Origin: Eledone cirrhosa
Taxonomy: Eukaryota
NCBI GenBank assembly: GCA_964016885.1
Contig: OZ024740.1
Span: 202,182,001 to 202,246,000 of the forward strand
Direction: 5' to 3'
Length of the DNA: 64,000 bases
This document shows, one piece after another, positions 26,137-38,694 of the stretch (position 1 is its first letter; each line of letters starts with the position of its first letter). Both the position numbers and the translations under genes were made by a program. The notes under the pieces were generated by a model that was given only the letters and a program-made list of their open reading frames with translations, was not told the origin of the DNA and searched no databases.

Positions 26137-27366
26137 GATGGTGAACTGGAGTCTAGTTTGTCACAGATTATCAGATTATCGAGAGATAAACCAAACAGAA
26201 CAAAAGTTAGGATACATTTGTGTGCTGTGGTTATAAAGCTGTCACAATTACAGATTCAGTTTTTCCAATAGCCTTTCTGTAGCTGGGGGCCTCCAGAACA
26301 CATAGTATTCATAATGACATCTGGAGTATAAAATTCAACCTATAAAAAGAAAAAGTTATACATTTAAAAAAGTTAGTTTTTATAAAATGCACCACTACAC
26401 TCAATAAAGTGGCAGTGTTGGTGCCACAATAAAATACATGTAGTACATTTGCTAAAGTGGTAGCGATGGTGCCACAATAAAATGTACCAATTACATTCTA
26501 TAAGTAGCAATGCTGGTGCCACAATAAAATGTGTGATCATTCTGATTCTTAAGATGGAGCTGTGAAGGCTTTGAAATGTTAATATACACAGATTTAGGAA
26601 AGCTACATTTCCAAACAAAGCATAAACAACTAATAAGGAAATAAGAAAAATCCTTAATAAAATGATCAAACAGGAGCACAGTTGCATTTTCAATATAACA
26701 TGTTTGAAAGAAACGCTGTTCCATATTTATACACACACAGATATATATACTGTAAAGTGGTCGTTTTAGTGCCACAACAAAAGGTGCCCAGTCCACACTG
26801 TAAAATGGGCATATTGGTGTCACAACAAAAAGTGCCCAGTCTGCACTGTAAAGTGATCATTTTGGTGCCACAATAAAAAGCACAGTCCACACTGAAAATG
26901 TGGTTGGCGTTAGGAAGGGTATCCAGCTGTAGAAACCAAGCCAGAAACAGTTCTGTATGAACAAGACAGTCATCTGATCTGACTTGTCTCACAATGGGAC
27001 AATTCGTCTAACCCATACTTGCATAGAAAAATGGATATTAAACTGATATATATATATATATATATATACTAAGTCATCACTGAGAAAGTTCACAGTGAAT
27101 ATCATCAGAATTAAAACCATAAAAAAATAACTAATCTAAATATTACATTTCTCCAACAGTATTTTACCAAACTGTTTTGTAAAAGACAAAGGTAGTAGCT
27201 CCTTTTGGCTTCCTGACAACACTTATATTATGAAATATTTGGCATAAAAACAAACTGCTTTGCACTTTGGAGTTATTTGTATCAGTTTCCAAACCTTAAC
27301 CTTCAATTACGACATCAACACACGCAATGTTATCAATTCCTTCATCCCTGATTTAAGAGAGTACCC

Positions 27367-27396
<30 letters not shown>

Positions 27397-27398
<2 letters not shown>

Positions 27399-27474
27399 GG
27401 GGTCCCAAAAAATGTATACATACTTCAAAAGCATTCTAATCAAAGTGTGAATACATTTTGGGGGGACACCCTGT
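27397..27474. mobile_element. Tc1/mariner-type mini-MITE
   Basis: Degenerate copy of 35203-35281, ends GGACACCCTG-TA. Confidence 0.6.
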
Positions 27475-29439
27475 ATATAGGCACTAGCATGGCAGTGTGG
27501 TTAAGTAGTTTGCTTTCCAAACATGTGGCTTGGGGTTCAGTCTCACACCTTAGGCAAGTGTCTTCTATCACCAGTGACAATTTGTGAAAGCCCATCACAT
27601 GGTTTAAAGGGTAAGGATGTTGGACTCACAATCATAAGATGGTGGGTTTTATTCTTGGACCATACAATGTATTGGATTCTTGAGCAAGACACTTCCTTTC
27701 CTGTTGCTTTTCATTATATGACTAGGGCCCTATCATTAAAGCACCCCCAAAACCTCCTATGGAGATGGAATACTTAGAGCACCAAACATGATGCCTTGTA
27801 GTATCTTTTTCAGCCTTTTGCATTGTTTTCTGCCTGTGACGTCCCTAGTACCAAGCTATATCAACCTTTGTCTTTCCCTTCAACAATATTGATGGTGTGA
27901 TCATTTAAGGTTTATTTTCCCTGCTAGCAAGGGTTGAACATGCTGTGACAGACTAACCAGTACGCAGGTGGAATTCCAGATGGGCCCCGAGGTCCGGCAT
28001 ACAACCTCGCACTCTACTGTGAGCATTTTATTGTGGCACCAAAATATAGAGGCTCTAGAGTACCAAATTGACATTTGAAATTGGTTAGTAGAATACATCT
28101 ACTATTTACTAAATTGGTTAATAAAATAGCTCCCTCACCCCCAACACATAATAAATACATTCACTACCTACTAACATATTTATCTGGGTTTTTTTTACAA
28201 TAAATTAGTAAATTATATTTGCATTAGTATGTAACATACAAAGATGTATTGGAAAACAGAAACAATATCTAAATGAAATGTTAAAAGCAGTGAAATTGTT
28301 TGAATTAACACAAAATGTTGATGATGATGATTGAATAGGTTTCAAAGTTTGAATATATGTAAATCAGAAATTAATAAATAAAAGTGATTGTTAAGCTAAA
28401 AGTATTATTGAAATAACATAATAGGAGGACATAAATATAATAATTATTATTATTGTAGAGAGGAAGAATCTAATGAAATTAATCTAATGGATAGTTTTAT
28501 TTTGTATGGCAGAATAAAGGTGGCGAATTGGCAAAATTGTTAAAATGTCAGATACTTTGCAGTATTCATTCTGGATCTCTGCTCTCTGAGTTCAAATACT
28601 GATGAGGTCAACTTTGATTTTTATCCTTTCAAGTTTAATAAAGTATCAGTTTAGTGCTGGGGTTGATTCCTCCTCTATATCTCTTGCTCAATTCCTCCCT
28701 TTCTCTGGAAGAAATTGACTTTGTTCAGACCTAAAGTAAGAGGGGCTCTACCATGCTTAACCTTTTAACATTTACATTACTCTATATATATTATTGTATT
28801 TTTGTGGTAAAGGCTTTATCTTACATAATATCGAATCTACAAGATTTTGATGTTATTTATTTTGACAATAACTTAACGTCAGTATGAGTGGCCAGTTATG
28901 GTCGGTTTGAACAAAAGGAGGTGAGATAATTCTGGCTGGATACGGCCGGTTCAAATGCTAAAGATACAACATATATCATTGAGGTGTACCTCAGAGTTAA
29001 TCAGGAATTAACTCTTTCATGATCATATTTCTAACAAAATCCACTCCATTTCAATTAAGTTATAAAGAATTTTGAAGGATTAACTAAGATCATTAATTAT
29101 TTCATTACTAAGATAGTAACTTAACATAGTTCTTATATGAAATTATGTTGGAAGATTTTAATTTAAATAGGAATTCTTTAAAATAGATTGTTTATTTCAC
29201 AGAACTAAAACCAGTACCAAAAGTGTTAAAGACCCATGGCATTGACCAGAATGAAACAATAAGGTTTCTGTCTGAAACTCAGCCATCACACAAGAGCAGT
29301 AATATTTTTGAATAGTAACAATGTAACATCCACACCACCAATATTGTCACCATCACCACAACCAAACTGGAAGGAAAATAAGACGGCATTGTAGTTAATA
29401 TGAAGCATTGTGAGATATGTAATAAAAGACTGATTATTT

Positions 29440-30025
29440 TTTTTAAAAAAGGTACAATCTGGTAGAAAAATATGAAGGACTAATGATGACAAATAAAACA
29501 AACAAAGTAATGTTTTACCCAGTATATTTCAGGGCTATTACTCTCTTTTCAAATGTGGAGCTGAAACAGTTCAAAACAAATGATCATTGTGTTCTTCCTT
29601 AACTGGCCTACATGTCTGTAATATACATGTGTGAAGTCATAGTAACCAGTCTCCCTCGTGCATTTCTGATCTATTATTTATCTGTTTTTTTCTGGTTGAT
29701 AATAATGACCTCTTTGATTCTTAAATTGTCTATATTCTTTTCTGTCACCTCAATGTCTTGGTTGCGATATCTGTCAACAGAAGCCCTTGTCATCATGTGC
29801 TCCTTGATTTCACGCAAGCATATTACAGACATGTAGACCAATAAAGGAAGAACACATCGATCATTCATTCTGTTTTCAACTGCTTCAGCTCCACATTTGA
29901 GAAGAGGGTATTAGCCCTGAAATATCAAGTTGAAATATACTGGGTAAAACATTACTTTGTTTTATTTTATTTGTCATCATTTTCCCTTCATATTTTTCTA
30001 CCACATTGTACCGGCTTTTTGAAAA
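29440..30025 (-). mobile_element. Old Penelope-like 3' fragment with inverted pseudo-LTR arms
   Basis: Arms about 29440-29640 and 29804-30025 are diverged inverted repeats. The spacer on minus reads KEHMMTRAS...KNIDNLRIKEVIII..INNRSE, resembling the GIY-YIG C-terminus at 48500-48706. Confidence 0.7.
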
Positions 30026-30798
30026 TTATTGAAAAAAGCATTGATTATCTTCAGATTGGAGAGCTATTCCAAATGCTTGCAATACTGTGGACTCCACTAA
30101 AGGCACCCAAGATATATTATAGTAACTTCTGACATGCTACTAGCTCCATCTTTAACCCTTTTGATACCAAACTGCCTGAAACTGGATTCATTATATAAAA
30201 CTGTTAGTTTCAAAGTGTTTTTTTTATTTATCTAAAAACTTTCCATCATAATCTTATGTAAGAACATTTTTTAAGTTATGTTCCAAACTTTTAAAAAATC
30301 AGCCTAACCCTTTTGATACCAAACCACCTGAAACTACCATTGGTTCTATGATACTGAGCTGTTTATTTTAAAGTGTTTATATTTAGCTAAAAATCTTTTA
30401 TCATAATTTTATGTACGAAACTAAGATGCATTCCAAACATCAGCTTAATAATGAAAAAATGATGTTACTAAATCCCTCCAAAATTTTGATTATTTTCAAG
30501 ACTATTTGAAAATCACAGACAATCTTTCATTACAAATATGATCATCATCACTGTTTTACAACAATTTTTTCCATGCAAACAAGGGTTAGACAGTTAATGA
30601 AAAACTTAAGGTATATTACTAAATTCCTCTAAATTCTTCCTTATTTTCAAAATAAACTGAAACACATGGGTACTGTGTTTCCTTAGAAATCTTCACATGT
30701 AATCTTTACCTCTGTAACAGCTGACAAATATTTAGGAAATTTTATGCCCGAACATAAAAGTAAAATAAAAAATTAGAAACACCAAAATATTTCTTTAA

Positions 30799-31016
30799 CC
30801 CTTTCGCACTTAAACCAGCCGCATCTGGCCAGAATTCTTTCACCTCTTTCTGTTCAAACCGGCTGTAACCAGGCGCTCATACTAATGTTAAGATGTTGTT
30901 CTCAAAATAAATAATATCAAAATCTCATAGATTTGATATTATGTGAGATTATGTTAGGTAAACCCCTTACCGTGAAAATATAATAGTAAATATAGAGTAA
31001 TGTAAATGCTAAAGTG
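30799..31016. mobile_element. piggyBac-type MITE (same family, opposite orientation)
   Basis: TTAA-CCCTTTCGC...GCTAAAGTG-TTAA. The internal sequence is the reverse complement of 1298-1514. Confidence 0.78.
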
Positions 31017-31819
31017 TTAACTAAGCTGGAGAAATTTCACAACAGAACTAGATAAACAATGTAGCAAAAGATTGTTTAAAAACCCTTATCTGATGCAGTT
31101 GATTGACAATTCTCTGGCTATGTATATACTTTAAAAATGAAACTGTGTCACTTCTGTAACAAAAGTCCTCTATAATATACAGTAACCAATTCAATTGAAA
31201 TCAATAATCTTTAAATATTCTCACAATATATTACAGGAGTATATCAGGCTGAAGTTTAACCCTGTTTCATTAACATTAAGTGACTATTTCAAGGTTAACT
31301 TCCAGCTGCTGCTGCTGTCACTCATTTTCAACTGAGTTGACAGGAACAATGTGAAATGAAGTGTTTTGCTCAATAACACAATGCACCACCCAATCGAGGA
31401 AACAAACCCATGACATTACGATCATAAGTCCAACACCATAACCATTAGGCCAACATAAAGTGAACTGACAGTTGTCAGAACATTGGATGCTCCACCTTGC
31501 CATATTTATTCCAGTTCTTTACAGTCTAAGTTCAAATATTGCTCTTCTCTACTTGGATGGCAGAATTAGTCTTGTATATAGTTTAATACCACCTGAAGAG
31601 TTATTTTTATTACTGTTGTTATTGTCACCAACTGTATCATGTCTGTGTGTATCTTGGTTTAGAATTGGTACACCATATCCCTGCATGTTGTGTTGTAAGA
31701 TATGATTAAACGGTTTGCCCTTAACATCAGAAAAACCTTCAAGCATGTCTGGCATTTGAATTTTCTGATAAAACTGCCCACTTCTGGTCTGCCTGTCTCA
31801 CATTTCTAGATGTATGGCT

Positions 31820-32480
31820 TCTTATCAGATAAAGCTCCTTCTGACCTACACTATCAACTCTGATGTACCCCAAGGTTTGGTTTTGTCTCCAACACTCTTT
31901 CTCTTCTATATCAACCTACTTGTTGCCCCCGCCAATACCCAGTCCTATGCAGATGATACTACCCTTCATTCTTGTATAGCATTCTGTACCCAAGTGTCAT
32001 CCACATGCAACATAGATATTTCACACCATGAAAAGATACCTTGGAAACATCCCCCCATGGGATCAGGCCAATCATGTATCCTATAACACAAAGACATAAT
32101 CCCTATACACATGAAAACATTATCACACTTTACTCCCAACTAAACATTCATGACATGTAAGCAGAATAGAATACTAAAACAGCTATAAAACTTAGGATTC
32201 ACCTACACTGAGGCCCTCTTCTAGAGAATGCACATCGTCAACAGACTAGCTTTCCTCGTCAGAGACAGAAAAATATTTCATTCCCCACCAATTACTAGCC
32301 CTCTATAAAGCTCATGTGAGATTCATAATAGAGTACTATTTTCACATCTGGGATGCTGCTGCTGTTACTATATCCTAAACAAAAAAGGTAAATTTGACTG
32401 ATTACTCATCAACCTCTGACCCAAAACATGCTGTCTCCTCTGCATATTGTCTACCATTTCTGTAGTAGTTTGCCTGTTGC
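31820..32480 (+). pseudogene. Decayed L2/CR1/Jockey-group LINE RT fragment
   Basis: INSDVPQGLVLSPTLFLFYIN...SYADDTTL, followed downstream by LYKAHVR..IEY..HIW. Confidence 0.7.
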
Positions 32481-33319
32481 AGCTGGCTAACTTCATATCA
32501 CCACCACTCACGCATCTGTTTCTCCTACTGTTATTCATATTGTGTCCGGCGGTAACTCCTATACCCAGTCCTCCCCTGTCAAGAATGTGCCTCCCCTTGC
32601 CCATGGTTTTCTTACAGCCACCAAATTGCAAAATTGATGGTTCCAGTCTTGGAGAGTCTGTGATGACTGAGTGCAGCCCCTTCTTCCAGTGACTTGCTAA
32701 ATCATTTGACAAAATACCTTCTGGTATCTGTTCCAGCTCTCTGCACTTTGAGTTCAAATCTTACCGTGGCCCACTTTGCCTTTCATAGTGGATACAATAA
32801 TGTAGCAGTTTAGGCCAGTGGATTGCAGGAATTGTTAAAGTGTTCAAATCCTTCTGTGGCCAACATAAGTGGTAGATTTGATCATGGTGCCAAATTGCTT
32901 CATGATAAACCGTTTAGAATTTACATTACTCTATATTTACTATTATATTTTCTTGGTAACAAAATTATCTCACATAATATCGAATCTACATGATTTTGAT
33001 ATTATTTATTTTGAGAAAAATACCTTAACATCAGTATAAGTAGCGCGTTTGAACAGAAAAAGGTGAGAGAATTCTGGTCAGATATGGCCGGTTTAAAAGC
33101 TAAAGGGTTAATCACATTTTTGTTCAGAATTCTGTATAATGCAAATGCATGTCCATTAATGTTCCAACTAAGTTTGTTTTGAGGTGTAGTCTGATGCAAT
33201 TGCTCCTTATTAGCACCAAGCTCAATATCCAGCATGGTGCCAGCCACATGAGTAATATACGCACTTCATAAACATGTATTATGTAATGCTAGCAATATAG
33301 GAATAAGACGTGTCCTAAC

Positions 33320-34550
33320 CAGAGTAAAGAAACCCTGGTTGGGAATGACTGAGAATTCAGAATGGGGGTCAGTGTGTCAGTTGGGTGACCTCAAGCTAAA
33401 GAGACTGCAACACATAGGAATGACTAGGACCCTATTCCTAGTCAATAGAGTCAACTCCAATGTTACAAGGGAGAGCTTTCAGAAAGTGATCAGGAGCTGC
33501 AATAGGTGTCAGTCCATCAACCCTGCACCAGACACACACATACAAGGAAAATTCTGGTAGAATACAACTGGAAAAGATTGGCAGTAATCAAGATATACTA
33601 AAAGCAGGTTTGACTGAGGACTAGAGTGGATGACAATATGAAGGGAAATCAAGATGAAGACTGAAATACTCCTGGAGCAGGGCTCTGTGGACAAGTTACT
33701 GACAGAAAAAGCATTGCACAATAAGTGGAATGTGAATCATTTCTTCAGAGTTGCATATGGGCTGAGTGGAAACGGGATTGTAGAGAGCCCCAATCAAGGC
33801 CATGACTGGGAAGGGACATATCTCCCCAATCAAGGCAGTGTTCAAATACAATGTCAACCTAGTCATAAAAGGCCCAGGAATCGGTGCCACAATAAGATTA
33901 GAATGGTGACATCTTAGTATGATACCACAGCTACATGAGGAAGGTGGAAGGCCTGCATCTGTTCAGATTGGAAAGACGTCTGGGTAAAGCGTCCAAATCA
34001 ATGGGGAAGGGGAACAATAACAGCTGTGAATTCATAAAACATGCCCGTGAATGGAGTGCCATGTAACATCCTGGACAACTGCAGGATCATCAGCTTGTTG
34101 GATGATAATGAAGATGAAGTGGGCAACACACCAGTGATAGAGGGAACAACATTGGCCCAGGTGGATTTCTACATGGAGTGAGGGCGTGTTCAAGGGGGTA
34201 TATGGGTTATGGATGGCATGCCGGAAGTAAGCAGGAGGAGTGACGAAAGGTGATAGAGAAGGGGCCTCTTTTCCTGGCAGCGTGTTGGAAGTATGAGGAG
34301 GGTCAACGTCATCTGAGCAGAAGTGAATTAGTACAGGATCTCTTTCTTGGTTGGTTACAGTAGTGAGTGGACGTATCCTGATGAGCTCTTATGAGACCCA
34401 AAAATGTCTGATCAGAGTTTGAGAATATAGGGTTCGCAGACTACGCCACTTGAGAAGAGCAATGTTTAGAGTTTGTGGATTACACTGGATGAAAGAAATG
34501 TTTAAGGTAGGACTGGCAAGGTAAGCAGTAATAGGATTCCCATCTACATA
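33320..34550 (+). mobile_element. Decayed Gypsy-type integrase/LTR relic
   Basis: VIRSCNRCQSINPAP and HFFRVAYGLSGNGIVE, colinear with the younger copy at 53095-54400. Confidence 0.72.
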
Positions 34551-35202
34551 CATATATAAATGAGGTTGGCGTTAGGAAGGACATCCAGCCATAGAAATCA
34601 AGCCAGAAACAGTTTTCTATGAGCAAGACAGTCACCTGACCTGACTCAAACGGGACAACCCATCTAACCCATGCTAGCGTAGAAAATGGACGTTAAACGA
34701 TGATGATGATGATATATACGTGTGTGTGTGTGTGTGGACACATAAGCACACATACTGTATACAATGAGAAGGAAAAGGTTTTAAGATGGCTTAAATATAA
34801 TTATATACAGATACATATATTACCATGTGTACATCGGTTTTTTTAATAAACCTGTGCCGTAAGAGATGAGTAAAAAGGTTGATATCAGGATGGGTACTCA
34901 GTTGTAAAACACTGCTTCAAAACACCATAGAAAACTGAACTGAACGATTATATATATATATATATATATATTAAGGTTCTTATATATTTGATATATATTT
35001 ATCCTTATCGATCCCTCTTTGGATTTTAGTCTTCACATTTATTATTATTATTAATCCCGCCGAGGTTAACTTTGCCTTTCATCCTTACGGGGTCGATAAA
35101 ATAAAGTACCAGTAATGTACTGGATGATTTGCTGGCCTTGTGCCAAAAGTAGAAACATTTATTATTATTATAATATATATACATATTCACACACACACAC
35201 AC

Positions 35203-35281
35203 ACAGGGTGTCCCAAAAATGTATACACACTTCAACAGCATTCTAATCAATATGTGTATACATTTTTAGTGGACACCCTGT
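35203..35281. mobile_element. Tc1/mariner-type mini-MITE (about 80 bp hairpin)
   Basis: CAGGGTGTCCCAAAAATGTATACACA...TGTGTATACATTTTTAGTGGACACCCTG followed by TA. Confidence 0.72.
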
Positions 35282-35578
35282 ATATATATATACACTTTAA
35301 TTGCTGAAGCTTTCATCAGAATGAAACAAATTTGGACTGAGTTTTTATATAAATTACCTGTTTTCTATTACATGTATGATCTTAACTTTGTTAGATAATA
35401 TATTTCATATTATTTGATTTAATATACGTGTTAATTATATGTGTATGTACGTACGTCTATGTATACACACGGTTATATAGTGATATGAAATAAAAAGATG
35501 TGAGGTTTGTGTTAACGAATGTACAATATCAGCGTCGTGTCCAAGACAAATAGAAAATCTAGTTGATAAATAACACTT

Positions 35579-35661
35579 TAGAAAACAAACACTATATATT
35601 ACCTAAAACCCCGTACCCCCTTCTTTCTCTATCTCTCTATTATATATATATACATATATAT

Positions 35662-35695
<34 letters not shown>

Positions 35696-35823
35696 TCACA
35701 CATACATATACACAAATATATATATATATACACATACTTACATATACACATATAAAAATATATATATATTAGAGAGAAAGAAAGGGTACGGCATTTTAGC
35801 TGAAATATATTGTTTGTTTTCTA
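35579..35823. repeat. Inverted repeat (about 60 bp arms) flanking a TA/CA microsatellite
   Basis: TAGAAAACAAACACTATATATTACCTAAAACCCCGTACCCC.. versus ..GGGTACGGCATTTTAGCTGAAATATATTGTTTGTTTTCTA. Confidence 0.7.
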
Positions 35824-36981
35824 TATATATACTAATAATAAAAAGGACGAAGTGTTAGATATATGTATATATAATGACACAATGCTTAGAGGAAAGTCAT
35901 AAAATCACATATCAACACAAGTGGATAAGTTCCTTCAGAATGAAAATATAAACAGAGCATATAAATAAATTTACAGTAGAAAAACATAACAAATGTTTTA
36001 AATATATACATAAATAACATTACAAATGCCTCGGTAACACTAAAAAGGATGATACAATGAAAGATATATTCCTTCAATGCTACAATATTAAGGTAAATGT
36101 CATCATCATCATAACATAATATATATATGTGTGTGTGTGTGTTTGTGTATACAGAGATAAACAGAAATATTGTGTGTAGATTCAAAATAAATGGCGTGGG
36201 TTCAATTGCAATCGTGATCTATTTTCTTATTACCATGTTTTGGGGGTGGCAGTGGTTGGTTAGGATATAGATATTCGTGTTTGTATGTTTGGTCAAGGCT
36301 GTTTGAAAACATACACAGGCACATACACGGACTCACTCATTTTATATATATAGTCAGCTATACATGGCTGACTATACGAGATAAACAACTATACATAACG
36401 ATAGTAATTATAATGGTACTTAATTGAAAAGCTTAGATGATCAAAATAAATACAAAACTGTATGTATTTGTGGTGTGTGTGTGTATAAACAGATTTTGTT
36501 GATGTAATAACTATATATAATATATATATATATAATATATATTATATAAATATATATATCATATATATTATATAAATATATATATCCTATATATATATAA
36601 ATTATATATACATATATACATCATAAATATATATGTATACATCATACATACATTATATATATTTATATATAAACATATATATATACGGACCAAGGTAGAT
36701 ATTTATAGAGAAGATATTAAGGCAGTTGATTATTTTCAGTGGTGAAAAACGGATGCTTATAGAAATGGCTGCACGTATTATGTGGTTGCTGAAACATAGG
36801 TTGGACGGATATTACAAATATCTAGAAATTGGCTGAAGATAGTCAATTAATTTTCAGTTTAGTCTTTAAAATTGTACCAGTTAATATAGAGGTCTATACT
36901 TAAAGTTTACCGAATTAATATCAATTCATATTATAAGGACATTTAAACACTATCTGTCCAATAACACCTGCATATATTAAG

Positions 36982-37018
<37 letters not shown>

Positions 37019-37200
37019 GAGTGAATAATATATACACTCTTAAATTGGTAAATAAACAAAATTAAATGGTTACATAGGTTATATACACATATATAGATTT
37101 TTTAAAGAGTTAAATATGATAAATGCTAAGAGTTTAAACAAACGTCCATATATATATAAATATATATAGATAGATATATTTATATATATGCATATCTCAC

Positions 37201-37545
37201 AGAAATGTCCTATTGGCGTGTGTAAAAGACTTGTTTAACTTGTGTACATTTCAATACGATTCGCCATTTTGTTAGTGAAAACCTGGACGAAAAGTCGGGG
37301 ACTGATTCACAATGCACTTCTATCGCTAAACTGATCCTCCATTTTATGATCAACACTATTAAATCTAAACCAAAACAAACACAGGTGAATATTTTTTTTA
37401 GATGGCAAAAATTAGGCCCATGCAAATAGCACACGTACAGGATTTTTTTTTTAACATTAAAAATAACCAACTAACCAAAACAATAAAAGCCATATTGTAT
37501 CTACCTGGCTTTCGGACAGTGGTCAAACTAGCCAATGGCCATAAG
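37201..37545 (-). promoter_or_regulatory. Candidate DCAF8 promoter and non-coding first exon
   Basis: Non-repetitive, CpG-containing patch with a YY1-type CAAAATGGCG at 37271-37262 (minus), a GTGAGA donor at 37200 and a CCAAT at about 37532. Inferred only; no transcript data. Confidence 0.4.
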
Positions 37546-38068
37546 ATTAGCTTGAGTTTTTGCCTTTCTTCAACATATACACACAGCTGATGGCTTGCAA
37601 CCTAAATATATACACAAACATATAACTGTGTATACGAGAATGGGTGTGCTAAACCTCTTCTTCTCCTCCTTATTCACTTTATATCTTTCTCTTTCACTTC
37701 CTCCTTCAACGTTTTTCAGTTTTTCTTTTTCTCTCTCCACCCTCTTCTTCTATTAACTACCTCTCACTCTCCCTCGTTTCTCACTCTCCTGCACTGCTTA
37801 CCTTCTTTGTTTACGTTACACGTTTCATACCTCCCACTCTCTCTGTCAGTCTTACTAACTCTCTGTCAGTCTTACTAACTCTCTTTATGACTCCATCTCT
37901 CTTTCGTCTCAAATACACTTTCTTTTCCCCTCTCATTGTATTTTTAACCCTCCCTCCTATTGTTCACGCCCTTCTTCTTCCCTCTTCTCGTTACCATAAT
38001 TACACGTCTTCCACCTAACTCACTGTCTACTTACACGTTTGTATGTGTATATATATATATATATATAT

Positions 38069-38265
38069 ATAGGAAAAAGTATGACCCCGACGGCAGAGCT
38101 CAAGCCGTTTCGACGGCTATTTCTGGACAGTCCAGAAATAGCCGTCGAAAAGGCTTGAGCTCTGCCGTCGGGGTCATACTTTTTCCTATTTCCCACTCTA
38201 CTACCCTAAGTATTGAGTACTCTGGTGCGTTATGGTCCATTTGGTTCCTTGCCACATTTCCTTTG

Positions 38266-38270
<5 letters not shown>
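38069..38270 (+). mobile_element. Fold-back short element, copy A (121-bp palindrome plus 3' tail) in (TA)n
   Basis: Palindrome 38069-38189 centred on CTGGAC-A-GTCCAG with one mismatch. The right arm continues through CTCTACTA..TATTGAGTAC to (TA)n. Confidence 0.85.
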
Positions 38271-38305
<35 letters not shown>

Positions 38306-38355
38306 ACACTTGCACAACCATAGAAACATGCACATACATACTTACACACACACAC

Positions 38356-38382
<27 letters not shown>

Positions 38383-38386
<4 letters not shown>

Positions 38387-38583
38387 ACGAAGGAAATGTG
38401 GTAAGGAACCAGGTGGACCATAACGCACCAAAGTACTCAATACTTAGGGTAGTAGAGTGGGTAATAGGAACGAGTAGGACCCCGACGGCTGAGCTCAAGC
38501 CGTTTCGACGGCTAATTCTGGACGTCCAGAATTAGCCGTCGAAACGGCTTGAGCTCAGCCGTCGGGGTCCTACTCGTTCCTAT
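38383..38583 (-). mobile_element. Fold-back short element, copy B (120-bp palindrome plus 3' tail) in (TA)n
   Basis: Perfect palindrome 38464-38583 centred on CTGGAC|GTCCAG. Its tail is a diverged reverse complement of the copy A tail. Confidence 0.85.
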
Positions 38584-38605
38584 ATATATATATATATATA
38601 CACAT

Positions 38606-38694
<89 letters not shown>

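Noticed and set aside
34376-34420. CCTGATGAG hammerhead-like start in Gypsy LTR relic
   Set aside because: No GAAA after the putative stem II and no stems I/III.
35300-35330. CTGATGA on minus strand
   Set aside because: Core incomplete and no closing stems.
37960-38535. 191-aa and 132-aa ORFs across the double palindrome
   Set aside because: Composed of repeat arms and microsatellite with no protein motifs.
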